A stretch of DNA of 64,000 bases, from assembly GCF_006345805.1 (NCBI RefSeq), contig NC_043004.1, positions 90,582,001 to 90,646,000 on the forward strand. The letters are read 5' to 3'. The DNA is from Octopus sinensis. Taxonomy: Eukaryota. Shown in pieces: positions 52,301 through 64,000 of the stretch (within the stretch, counting starts at the first letter, position 1; each line of letters begins with the position of its first letter). The position numbers were made by a program, and so were the translations under genes. The notes under the pieces were generated by a model. It was given only the letters and a program-made list of their open reading frames with translations. It had not been told where the DNA came from and did not search any database.

Positions 52301-52836
52301 TTCCAACTCTCTATATTCTGAATTCAGTTCCACTGAGATTGTTTTTACTTTTCATCCATCTGGGGTTGAGAAAATAAAATACCTGTCATATACTAGGATC
52401 AGTATAATTGACTAACTCCCACTCCTCAAAACTGCAGGCCTCATGCCTGTTTTAGAAACAAAATTTTTATAGAATGTATCTTGGGAATATTACTTCTGTC
52501 TTCTACAAAATACACTTCAATGCTTTGTCTTCTTGGAATGTATTTTGAGCAAATCAGTTAGGTCTGGTAATATAAGTTAATAAGATAAAATGAACAGGGT
52601 ACTACATGTTAATAAAATAGTTGTCAGTTGTATAGTGCTAGTAATCTGTAAACTACAGCCAAATGGGTTGTATTTCAAGGTGCTCTAGACTAGCCAGAGT
52701 TGAACGTCTTGGCCCAAGGTCTCTCACAGTCAGTAGCAGAATATAAATTGTTCAACTGCTGGCCTTGGCATCCTATTATTATATATAGCTGCTTGTTTTC
52801 AGTATACCTTGCAAAATAGTTGTAAGTGCAGACAAA

Positions 52837-53205
52837 AAAAAAAGGCATCAGAGGGGCAATGCATACCCTGCACGCAGATAATTTTTTTTTGTACCACCAT
52901 TATAGGTATTTATACTCCAGCGAAATTAAGAAACCAACTTGTAAATAAATGAAACCCTTGAATCCATCACTGTGGTGTGTGTACACGCACACACACAGAG
53001 TTGCATATCTATGTATGTATTTATCTATGTTTGAAGATAATGAAACCAAATCTTCATCATTTCAAGCCACTCACCCAATGAATATTTCTGCCAAATTTGG
53101 TGAAAATCCGTTCAGCTGTTTCCCAGTAATTTTGCAAACACACAGACAAACAGACCAAGAGTGATTACAATTGCCTGCTTTCACTTTTGTGTGCAGGGTA
53201 ATTAT
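52837..53205 (+). mobile_element. Helentron-associated non-autonomous element (HINE/pearl-like)
   Basis: Subterminal inverted repeats TACCCTGCAC (~52863) and GTGCAGGGTA (~53191); internal CCAAATTTGGTGAAAATCCGTTCAG motif followed by an (ACAG)-type microsatellite near the 3' end. Confidence 0.55.
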
Positions 53206-54484
53206 TGTTTTCACATATTGTAATATAATTAACAGAGGAAGAAATTTAAGATATTGAAAGTGAAGACAGTCATATGAAATGTATATTCACTTGTTTTACC
53301 ATTATTTCCTTTATATAACGAAATTTGTTGGGACAATAGGCATGAAATAGTATAGGAATGTAATTGTAAAACATACTTTTAGTTCAATTGTAAACACTAT
53401 ACAATTGAATGACAAGCTTCCTGTCTGTGTCTACTAGTGTAAGTTTGGTTGCACATGTGATATGAACTTGGTGAATAAAAAGTGGCATGTTTACAGTGGA
53501 AGGTATTAACTGCTGAAGAAGGCCAAGGAAAATATTGGAAGAGGTGGTAATGTTAGATTTCAAAATATTAAGATGATACTGGATGGACAGGAGTGGCACT
53601 ATGTTGCAGTGTAGACTTGCCCAACCTGTTCCAACAGGGTGGATGAGTGTGTGTGTGTGTGTGTGTGTGTAGAATTGGTAGAACATACCTATGGTATTTA
53701 GTTATCTTTATTTTCTGAGTCAACTTAGTCATCCATCCTTCTAAGGTAAATGAAATAAGTGGCTCCAAGGCACTGGCAATGATATAATCCACTATACCAT
53801 TCAAAGCTGTGCCCAACATGCTTGCAGTCCAATGATCAAAGCTAGTATTCATTATTTACATTTGCCGGATATTTGTCCTCATCTTGTTTGTTGTTAACAA
53901 CAAACAAGATATATATAATTCCACATCGCTAAAATATAGAACTGAAAACCAGTATTGTGTGCATCTGTGTATGTATGTGTGTCTGTTAGTGGTAGGAATA
54001 AATAGTCTCTGGATAAAAAGAGAGTATTACTTTGTATAAGTGTTTAGTAAAGGCTTCAACAAAATAGAAAAAAAATCAAATTTCAGAGTGATATATAACT
54101 ATATAAAAAAGGTTTTAATAGATTGACTTTTGAAATAGATACACATATTCTATATATATATCCTTTTCTGGACATAGATTCATCTTTCTAGTGTAAATGT
54201 GCATTTATAATTATGCGTATATATCTTGCTTTTATCAACAGGTGATAATGATCAAAATGCAAGCATTAAATTTTAAAATCATCAGAATCTAAGAAGACTT
54301 GCTAAAAATTTGAGAAAACTTAAATATAAATTACCATTCTATTGCTTCCTGAAGAAGGAGAGATACATATGATACATATTTAGGTAAAGGATATATAGAA
54401 TATGTATGTTTAATGTATGTACCCTGGCTTATTTTTCACGTCATTCTCTTTATGCTAAAAAGTGCAATTACCAATTCTTCTTTC

Positions 54485-55080
54485 TAGGAAACAATGTTTG
54501 GTTAGGAGGAATAGGCATAATAGTGGCAGAGAAATGGATAAAAAATTTGAAATCATGATGTAATTAAGCCTAGGCTAGTAAAGCAACTGCTAGTATTATT
54601 TCTGTTAAACAATGCAGTTGGGACTGAATGTTGAACAAAAGATCTGTTTTTATGCAGATCTCTTGTGAACCTCCTCAATAACAAATGATAGCATTATCAT
54701 TATCTTGACTGGTGACTTCAATAGACAAGTTGGGCTGCATCATTTGGTTATTCTGGAATTCAAGGTACATTATGTATATAGTGAGGAAGGAAGAAAGAAA
54801 AAGACTTCTGGAGTTTGGCATTTTAAATGATAGCCACTAGATTCCCTACTACTGAGGATTGAGGCAAACATGAAAGTGGGCTAGACTTCATTTTCACTAG
54901 GAAACAAGATAGACAAATGATTGTGAAACCAAGTCTTTCCTTAGAGAACAATGTACTGGTAGAGTAGTGATTAGTGACTTCTTGGTGACATGAAGGGCAT
55001 CTGGCCCTAGAAAATTTGCATCAATAATCTCTGCTTAACCTATGCAAGCATGAAAAAGTGGATGTTAAAATGATGTTAAA
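54485..55080 (+). mobile_element. Old RTE endonuclease fragment joined directly to a degenerate family-B tail
   Basis: GGIGIIVAEKWIK, TGDFNRQVG, LLEFGILND, DFIFTRKQDR; homologous to 2700-3260. Confidence 0.7.
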
Positions 55081-55579
55081 AAAACTGTGATTATATATAT
55101 ATATTGACAACATACCACCACTTTATAGTATTACTACAGTATAAATCTCTCAGAGAGGTTTAGAAATGTGTTATTTCTATTTTCGAAATCAGTGAATGTA
55201 TTTCACTTGAATTATTATATGTTTACAGAGGCAGATAGGCATCGACAGCTAACAAGCCATGCCACTCCAGACTAATGATGAGCAATGACTCAGAAAAAAA
55301 GTCTCTGGGTGCTGGCTTTTCTGGGTGGAGGTGCTTATCTTGCCCTTTGTAAACATAAGGACACAGGAAATGTGTCAAGGCTGACAGGAAGCAGTGCTTC
55401 CTAGGGCTAAATAGCAGTAGTATTATTCCCTTTGATGGGACTGTCACATTAAATTGACAACATACTACCACTTTATACACACACATACGTACACACACAC
55501 AGACACACACATGTGTATATATATATGTATATATGTATTAATTCCTTTGTTAGCTTTTCACTCCCATTTTATCATGCAA

Positions 55580-55850
55580 GATTTAAGTTAATTTTTTGGC
55601 TCAAAAAGCAAAAAGCAAGGCCATGTAGGGGGACATGGAGTTATGTACAGGGAGGGTGTTCATGCAAAGAGTTCAGGCCATTTCTGGTCAAGAGAGACTT
55701 TGAACCGAGTGGTCGTCGGTATCTTCACTATCTCATCCGGCAGCTTATTCCACGGATCCGCAACCCGGATGGAGAAAGCCCCTCTCCTTTGATTGAGATG
55801 AAATTGTTGCAGATAGAGCTTTTCGGAGATTTATTCACATAGCTTCAAAG
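55580..55850 (-). mobile_element. CR1/L2-group LINE 3' end
   Basis: SEKLYLQQFHLNQRRGAFSIRVADPWNKLPDEIVKIPTTTRFKVSLDQKW*, the typical FFS.RV...WN.LP C-terminus. Confidence 0.8.
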
Positions 55851-56700
55851 GCATTAAGCATGTGGAAGATTTGTTAAGAAAAGTAACAGCAACACCACTC
55901 AAAGTGCAGCAGAATTTTTGTAGTTACCAATATAACACACACACACACTGTTTTTCATGACCATGCAATATTGCACTTCATACAAAAGCATCATACAATC
56001 TAATCTTTGCTCAGAGAATCCTTTTGTTGGTCCATCTTTCTTTATTATTCTTATTCAGTTTGTAAGACTTTCAGAGTACCTTCTACCACTACTGATTGGA
56101 ATATTTAGATAAAAAAGGCTATCAACAACCTCTATGGAACCTTTTGAACATTGGAAAGAATTTATTTTACAAATGCTCCGTGAACCACTCATCAGCATCT
56201 ACCCCACACAGTCTTTTCTACCAGCCTGCTATTAGTCCTACTACATATCTTGTACATTCCAAAGACCACATTGAATATGTTCTATGTAATTTCTACCTAT
56301 TCCTTTTCTGTATATCAATTATGGCATTTACCCAATTGCAACAGGGCCCTGTCTTTCCTGGTTACTAAACTTCAGGCTTTGTTACATTTACTTTGTGGCC
56401 TCTTGATTCAAGGTTTTGTTTCTACATCTGGAGTTTTTTAGTCCTTTTCTAGCTCAACAAATGGTAGGTAGAGGGGCTTACTCTTAGCTAAAAAAAAACA
56501 AAACAAAAAAACCAAAAACTTCCCTTGTAGTTGTCTCATGAGGAAAAGAGTATCAATAATAGCCAACTTGGCACAAATTCAAACTGCAACTCATTCCAAT
56601 GGTTCTCTTCCAAATCATTGTACTAAAATGCTTTTTGTTTCTTTCATAACTTGCTTTATCAGTTGTTTATTCTTTCTAGAGAAACTCTTTTACCCTTATA

Positions 56701-56744
<44 letters not shown>

Positions 56745-57077
56745 TCTTTGTCTCATTTGGGTGCTAACAATAACTAATATAATTTCAATATATCATCATC
56801 ATTGAATGTCTGTTTTTCATGCTGGCATGGGTTGGACTGTTTGACAAGAGCTAGCAGCAAGGAAGAGAAATGTCTATTGTCTGTTTTGGCATGATTTCTA
56901 TGACGAGATACCTTTCCTAATGCCAACCACTTTACAGCATACTGGATGTTTTTTTCATAGCACCAGCACTGGTAGGGTTACCAAGTAACTTGCAAGACAA
57001 TCTCCCTTTGGCTGGGGTTGGGGGAGGAGGGATAATATTGAGGGAGGTATCTGTGTGCCAGTTGATGAATGGTTTAA

Positions 57078-57297
57078 CCCTTTCGTTACTGTATTTATTT
57101 TGAGATGCGCTGTATTTCTTTCAATTACTTTAAATATAATAAAGAATTTAGTAAAATAACTTAGTTATCATTAAGCTAGTGTTAGGAACATAAATTGTGA
57201 CTAAGGTTTGGTGGAAGATTTTTATTCAAAACTTATGAAAACAAGGCATTTGTACTCAGAGACAGAGCCGGTTTCAGCCAGGTTGGTAACGAAAGGG
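57078..57297. mobile_element. Non-autonomous piggyBac-type MITE, copy 2 (perfect 12-bp TIRs, TTAA TSDs)
   Basis: TTAA-CCCTTTCGTTAC ... GTAACGAAAGGG-TTAA. Confidence 0.92.
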
Positions 57298-57571
57298 TTA
57301 AAGAATAACAGAGAGATAAAGATAGGGAGTTTTCTGTAGAAGAGATATAAGGACACTTCAATTGACAAGATAGTGAGAGAGATGGTAGTGGATATATATG
57401 AAGATATACCCTCAAGGTACAGTGGAGAGGGTGAATACTGGTGAAATAATACAGAGTATTGGGCTGGGTGAGTGGGTATGGGAACAGAGGGGCAAGTTTC
57501 ATAAGAATGAGGAGAGATGGTTAGATCCACTATATATATATTGTGGGTCTTTTGTCACTGATGGGTGCTCT

Positions 57572-57786
57572 TACTCTTTTACTTCTTTCAGTCATTTGAC
57601 TGTGGCCATGCTGAAGTACTGCCTTTAGTCAAGCAAATCGACACCCAGGACTTATCCTTTGTAAGCCTAGTACTTATTCTATCGGTCACTTTTGCCGAAC
57701 CGGTAAGTTATGGGAACGTAAACACACCAGCATCAGTTGTCAAGTGATGTTGGGAGGATAAACACAGACACGTAAACATATACACA

Positions 57787-57840
<54 letters not shown>

Positions 57841-57990
57841 CACTCATATGTGATGGGCTTTTTTTAGTTTTCGTCTACCAAATCCACTCACAAGGCTTCG
57901 GCCGGCCCGAGGCTATAGTAGATGACACTTGCCCAAGGTGCCATGCAATGGGACTGAACCTGGAACCATGTGGTTGGTAAGCAAGTTATA
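57572..57990 (-). mobile_element. SINE family A, near full length
   Basis: Reverse-complement match to 61199-61600. Confidence 0.88.
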
Positions 57991-59221
57991 CTCCACCACC
58001 TTTACTATCAAGAGCCTGAAGTTGATACATAGTTGATAAAATAAATTCTAGAACCAATAAAAGTGTATATACATATTTTGTTGCTATAGTTTATGGCAGT
58101 TGATATTTAGATTTATGTTAAAGTAATTTCTTTTTTGGGTACATTTTGTTGAATTTTGAAAAGAATTCTTCAATATTTGGGTAATATTTGCTTTTTCTCT
58201 GTGTATAATAATCAGTAAAATTGAACTATATATATATATATATATAAAACAAACAAAAAACTTTTTTGTTCTATGAGAAACTGACTGCCACCCAGGCAGT
58301 AATGTTGTACACTTCCTACCAGTAATTACTGAGGAAAACAATTTACATTTTTTTTTTATCATTATCAAACCATTCACATAAAATGGTATACTGTCTGTAT
58401 TGATAATTTAAAATTTTTGTTTTATTTTTTTTTATTTCCTCAGTTTTACATCATCTATTAAATGTGTGACCTATCTGTTTAAATACTTATCTGCATGTCT
58501 AAACATCTATCTGTATGCAATTGTCTGTCTCCTTGATCATTCACTTAGATATACACTAATCGGAAGTAATCAAGTGTTCTTATTGAGCAAGGATTACCTT
58601 TTTTTTTTGTTGTTTCTTTTGTCATATCCTTGAAAATGCATGTGGTTGGTGTGATGTGATATAGTATTAAAGTGGATGGTATATTTATTTCATTGCAGGA
58701 GGTCAATAGTTTGTCAAGTATTTTACTAAATCTTGAAGAGGAAATTGTAGCCTTTTATGGTGGAGTATTCCCTATGTGTAATACATGTACTCTCTCAAAA
58801 ATGTCATTAGAGATTATGGTAAAATCCAGCATTAGTCATCTGCAGTATAGAATGGAGATTATTTTGCCCTTACTGGTTGAAATGAAAATACTAATGCCTT
58901 TATCTACAACCATGTATCCTCCATATCCCTTCTTAGAGGAATGTGACATTTCTCCTCCCACTCTTTCAATTATAAAAACAGACAACAAACTGTCAATCTT
59001 CTTTGTTACTTTGTGACAAATTTTCTGACAGCCTTTACTGGCCACCATTACTGTTAGAAAACTGGCTGGGGTCAAATTTGCCTTTTATCTTAAAATAAGT
59101 ACCAGTTCAAGTATATAATTGGCTATTCTCCCCTCCTTAAAATCATATCCTCTGTGCCATCATTCATTCTTCTATGGTCTACAGACTCAAATAATCAAGT
59201 ACTGGGGTCAATATAATCAAC

Positions 59222-59297
59222 TGTTCCTCACCACAGAATTTGTGACCTTGTGCCAATTAATATTGGCACAAGGTCACAAATTTTGTGGTGAGGAACA
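59222..59297. other. Near-perfect inverted repeat (36-bp arms, 4-nt loop)
   Basis: 35 of 36 positions are complementary; the exception forms G.U in plus-strand RNA. Confidence 0.92.
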
Positions 59298-59639
59298 ATA
59301 ATGTTTTAATGAACTTATTATTAGGGCTGGGGATGAGAGAATTGGTAGAGTGTCAGACAAGATGCCTTTCATCTTTACAGGGAGAGAGTGTCAAAAAAAG
59401 TTCAAGGGTCAGTTTAATAAACAGCAACTCCCTAGCAGAGTTGTGGTTTTCTCTGTATGTCAAAAATCATTATTCATTATATTTAAAATCTAATAAATTA
59501 TCAAAAAAAAAAAAGTTTCTACTGCTGTTATTAACTACTATTATGTCTGTGTGTGTGTGTGTATTTTAGAAGTGAATAATTCTGACTTAAAAAACAAACA
59601 CCCTTCCCCCCAAAATAATAATGGCTACCAAGACCTGTC

Positions 59640-59679
<40 letters not shown>

Positions 59680-60112
59680 ATCTGTCAACTTGTTAAATAT
59701 TTTTTATTTATTTGGCTTTTCAGAGCAGCTATACATTCTTTCAGGGAGGGGGATGTGTGCTCATTCCTGTCTCTAGTTATATACTTTTGTAACTTGTATT
59801 CGATATCTTCATTACCCCAGTTTACAGATAACCATGCATCACCCATCAAGAATTTAAACCAATGACCTCTGAATTTTGAATTTTTTCCCCCAGTCAGTTT
59901 TCAGTAAATCTGATGGCACTTACTGAAGCAGACCTCTTCTCTATCCTTGCTGCTGTTAATATAAATTAACCTACACCAACATAAAACCATACCCAGAAAG
60001 ATAAATCAGTTGCAAGATCATTGCTATAATAATCCTTCAGTAAACCTTTTCTGATCAAATTTTACTCTCTCATTTTGTGCATATATGTGAATGTATACAC
60101 ACAGACACACGT

Positions 60113-60173
<61 letters not shown>

Positions 60174-61066
60174 TGCATACACATGTGCATGCGTGTTCAC
60201 ATACACTGCTCGTTTTTTCTACATATCAAATGCATAGAAAGAATGAGTTAATATCCCTTTCACTTACAACTAGGCATTGTAATCATTTTTTATTTTCTCT
60301 AATGTCCACTTTTCCATGCTTGCATGGGTTAGACAGTTTATTGAAGCAGATTTTTTATGGCTGGTTGCCCATCCTATCACCAGCCCTCATCTGTTTTCAT
60401 GTAAGGTCAAATATTGTCAAACATTTGGGTAGACTATTGAAAACAAATGTCACTACTTGTATGACAGTGATGCTTATTTGTAACTTTTATGCGATGTCAA
60501 TATAAGGAGACACACTCACACACACGACAGACAGACAAAAGACTGTCATGTGTCTACCAAATCTTCTTGTAGGGTTATAATCGAAGATACTTGCCCAAGG
60601 TGCCATACCCAAAGTAGGACTGAACCCTAAACCATGTAGATGGGAATCAAACTTCTTAACAGCATAGTCACATTTTAAATTTATTTAGTTTTTCTGATCC
60701 ATGTTGTAGTGTGCATAAGCTATCTGTCTATCTGTCATCCGTCTGTTTATCTGTGTGTGTGTGTGTGTGTGCGTGCATATGTAAGTAGTTATATAGATTA
60801 GGGTAAACACTTATGTGCTGAAGGTATTACTGTACTCGATCTCCAAATGCAGGAGTCAATGTTTCATCAAGCAGTGAAGTAGTTCTGTAGGTGTTTTGGC
60901 ATGCACTAATGCATATACACACACATAAACATAAGTAAATATCCATACATATATATATATATATATATAACGGGAAGGTTTACGAAAATAAACAAAAGAC
61001 AAAGGCAGGTGGAGTACAAACAAACAAATGTATTAGTATGGCGCTCAGGAATAGAAATAGAACAAG

Positions 61067-61104
61067 TCTTTTACGTTTCGAGCCTACGCTCTTCGACAGA
61101 AAGA
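61067..61104 (-). ncRNA. Minimal type I hammerhead motif with a core substitution (A6U), probably inactive
   Basis: UCUUU-CUGUCGA-A-GAGC(GUAG)GCUC-GAAA-CGUA/AAAGA: 5-bp stem I, 4-bp stem II, GUA triplet. Confidence 0.6.
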
Positions 61105-61198
61105 TACACAGAAAAAAAACAAGGAGAGAAAAAAAAATGCGTGTAGGAGCTAACGATCTATCATGTATATATATATATGTGTATATATATATATATAT

Positions 61199-61598
61199 GC
61201 GCAGGAGTGGCTGTGTGGTAAGTAGCTTGCTAACCAACCACATGGTTCCGGGTTCAGTCCCACTGCGTGGCATCTTGGGCAAGTGTCTTCTGCTATAGCC
61301 CCGGGCTGACCAATGCCTTGTGAGTGGAGTTGATAGACGGAAACTGAAAGAAGCCTGTCGTATATATGTACATATATATAAGTGTGTGTGTATATGTTTG
61401 TGCGTCTGTGTTTGTCCCCCTAGCATTGCTTGACAACCGATGCTGGTGTGTTTACGTCCCCGTCACTTAGCGGTTCGGCAAAAGAGACCAATAGAATAAG
61501 TACTGGGCTTACAAAGAATAAGTCCCGGGGTCGATTTGCTCGGCTAAAGGCGGTGCTCCAGCATGGCCGCAGTCAAATGACTGAAATAAGTAAAAGAG

Positions 61599-61600
<2 letters not shown>
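61199..61600 (+). mobile_element. SINE family A, full length, young
   Basis: Complete head, core, microsatellite and tail, with most CpGs retained. Confidence 0.92.
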
Positions 61601-61641
<41 letters not shown>

Positions 61642-62214
61642 GCATACTTAAAACATAAAAATATCGTCATACATTCATTTTTATCGGTTTGGTGGGTTTT
61701 CTGTGTAGTTGGTTCAATTCTTTTTTATTCATATTTTATTTTATTAGCTAATGTGAGGAGGTTGGGGTGATGATATACATTCCTGTTTAATGCTTAGGTA
61801 CAAGGAAAGTGGCAGAGGAAATAAGGCATTCAGCTAGTGTTTATTGGGTCTTGAGTTCAAGTTTTCTGCTAGTATTTCATCATGATTCTAAGCAAGACAT
61901 TTAAATTCTATGTTTTAGCCTCACCATTAGTTGTGTAGGGAACAGATTAGAAAGTTTGACCAACTGGGGTACATATTTTCAAAACTAACAGAAGAACTTT
62001 GTACCTATTCTTCTGTATATCACCATAGACATAGGAAGACATGTTGAAAACTTTCTTTTAGGAAGCTGAACCTAACAAAAGTGATGAGGTTACTATAATA
62101 GGTGGCCTCTAGTGAAGAAGACTTGTCCATCCAACCTTCATTAATTTGGAAAAATGGGTGAAAAATGATGCTGTATCTATGTGCATGTACATATGTTCTC
62201 TCTTTTTCTCTCTC

Positions 62215-62258
<44 letters not shown>

Positions 62259-62289
62259 GTTTGTGTGTGTGTACAGTCGCTGGTATGCA

Positions 62290-62524
62290 GAAAGCACCAT
62301 TCAAGCATGGTCGATGCCAGTACCGCCTGACTGGCCCTCATGGCATATAAAAAGCACCCACTACACTCTCGGAGTGGTTGGTGTTAGGAAAGGCATCCAG
62401 CTGTAGAAACTTTGCCAGATCAGATTGGAGCCTGGTGCAGCTTTCTGGCTTGCCAGCCCTCAGTCAAGCTGTCCAACCCATACCAGCATGGAAAGCAGAT
62501 GTTAAACGATGACGACGATGATGA
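62290..62524 (+). mobile_element. Retroposon 3' tail family B
   Basis: Standard sequence with (GAT/GAC)n tail. Confidence 0.85.
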
Positions 62525-63304
62525 TATATATGCATATCTGATTATATTTGGTATAAATACATATGTATGTATAACAATATGTTTCCACAAATACAAGCTA
62601 CATAACTGTACTAATTTTACAGTCTGACAAAACTAGCAGCCTGTAAGTACAAAATTGGAGGTAGCTTTTATACAGTTTTGTCCTCTTAATGTTTCACGCT
62701 CACATTACTGAGATGTTTGACATTTCATTCTGATTCACAACCATTCATAATGATCATCTAAATGCAGGCGTAAATGTAGTACAATCATGATGAAAGTACC
62801 AGTAATTAGTCTGACTATTCCTTTTTCTGACCACATTTGTGATAATATATATATGCTGTAATAAAAGAGAAAGACAAAAGGAAAACATATTAGCAACTAT
62901 GTAGTTAGTTAAATTTTTATTTTATTTTAGAGTTACTATGAAATGGTTTGGAGTGATGATATGCTTTGCCTTTTAATGTTGGGGATAGAAGCAAAGTAGT
63001 AGAGTGAATAAGGCATTTTGAGTTCAAATTTTCTGCAAGCGTTTCTTCATATTGAATTCTCTGTTTCAGCTCCATCTTAGTGATGTGAGGAACAGATAGC
63101 TAATCTTTCTGAAGTGAATCAATGCATAGCACTTATGCTTCTCTTTGGTTTTCCTACTAAATAAGATGTTGGATTATTGGGAGCAGCATTTTCTATGGAT
63201 TGAATTTAATTCTGCACCCTTGGTTAACGATAAGCAGATGATGGATGTATGTATGTATGTACACATCCATCCATATATATATATATATGTATGTATGTAA
63301 ACAT

Positions 63305-63607
63305 ACATATATATGTTTGTTCCTTCTCGAGCCACGCCTGGCTCACAGGGCTGGTTTCCTTGGCACATAGGTTCCCCACCTGGACGGGATGCCAGTCCGT
63401 CGCTGGTAAGCTTCAAGATGCAGGAGGAAAGAGTGCTAGAAAGTTGTGGCGAAAGAGTCAGCAGAAGTTCATCATTACCTTCTTCTGGAGCCGCATGGAG
63501 CATAGGTGTTTCGCTCATAAACACACTCATCGCCTGGTCTGAGATTTGGATCCGTGATCCCTCAACTGCGAGTCCACTGCTCTAACCACTAGGCCATGTG
63601 CCGCCAC
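63305..63607 (-). mobile_element. tRNA-derived SINE with a V-domain-like segment (family D)
   Basis: Minus strand: A box TGGCCTAGTGG, B-box-like GGATCCAAATC, then GACGGACTGGCATCCCGTCCAGG resembling the V-SINE core. Confidence 0.7.
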
Positions 63608-64000
63608 ACACTCACACGCATAAATATATATAATGTAGTCAAAGAACTAAAGTCTCTTAAGTGATGCAAGCATCCTAGTTCTCTGGTTTATACCAGTGTG
63701 CAGTGAAAACCAAGTATATTAGTCTGTCATTGAAATGCATAGGTATTAAAAAACTTTATGAATGAGAAAATGAAGAAAATAGAAAAAATTGAGGTACAGA
63801 CGTTATTTATTCAAAGACATTCCAATTCTTGTAGAGAAATTCCTACCTACAGCTGTTTCTACACCCAACCATTTCAATTACAGAAGTAAAATTCAAATTC
63901 TCATATTTGAAACCAGTCAATTGGGTATTTCTTCAGGGAGAATTTCCAAAAGGAAGTTACATTGCGATGTGTAGACTAACCTATGATAAAATCAGATATG

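Noticed and set aside
63540-63607. tRNA gene
   Set aside because: It is the tRNA-derived head of a SINE; there is no complete cloverleaf and the sequence continues into the SINE body.

Overview
Eukaryotic, AT-rich, microsatellite-dense genomic DNA. The repeat families are ones I recognise from coleoid cephalopods, so Octopus is my inference; it was not confirmed by a search. There is no prokaryotic operon, rRNA, intact tRNA gene or CRISPR array. Nearly all supplied ORFs are translations of simple repeats, the 100-bp array, or antisense repeat sequence. The only host-gene feature I can support is a probable first coding exon at 12392-12467 (+). It encodes a signal-peptide-like 25 aa, has a GTGAGT donor, and has ETS, CCAAT and YY1 motifs nearby in CpG-rich DNA. 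The CpG-depleted ~50 kb downstream looks like a very long intron with no confident exon 2. The rest is a broad set of mobile-element relics: RTE, CR1/L2-like and RLE-type LINEs; Penelope-like RT and GIY-YIG fragments; Ty3/Gypsy gag-pol; three Tc1/mariner elements; Merlin; a piggyBac remnant plus two TTAA MITEs; a Helentron-like element; and at least three SINE-type families. The most interesting items are: (i) two ~200-bp elements sitting in (TA)n tracts, each carrying a minimal type I hammerhead ribozyme motif, one with an intact core; (ii) a ~20 x 100-bp tandem array that arose inside a retroposon tail; (iii) several near-perfect hairpins, including a 36-bp stem; and (iv) a close inverted SINE pair that could form intronic dsRNA. 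Boundaries of degenerate elements were set by eye and are approximate (+/- tens of bp).
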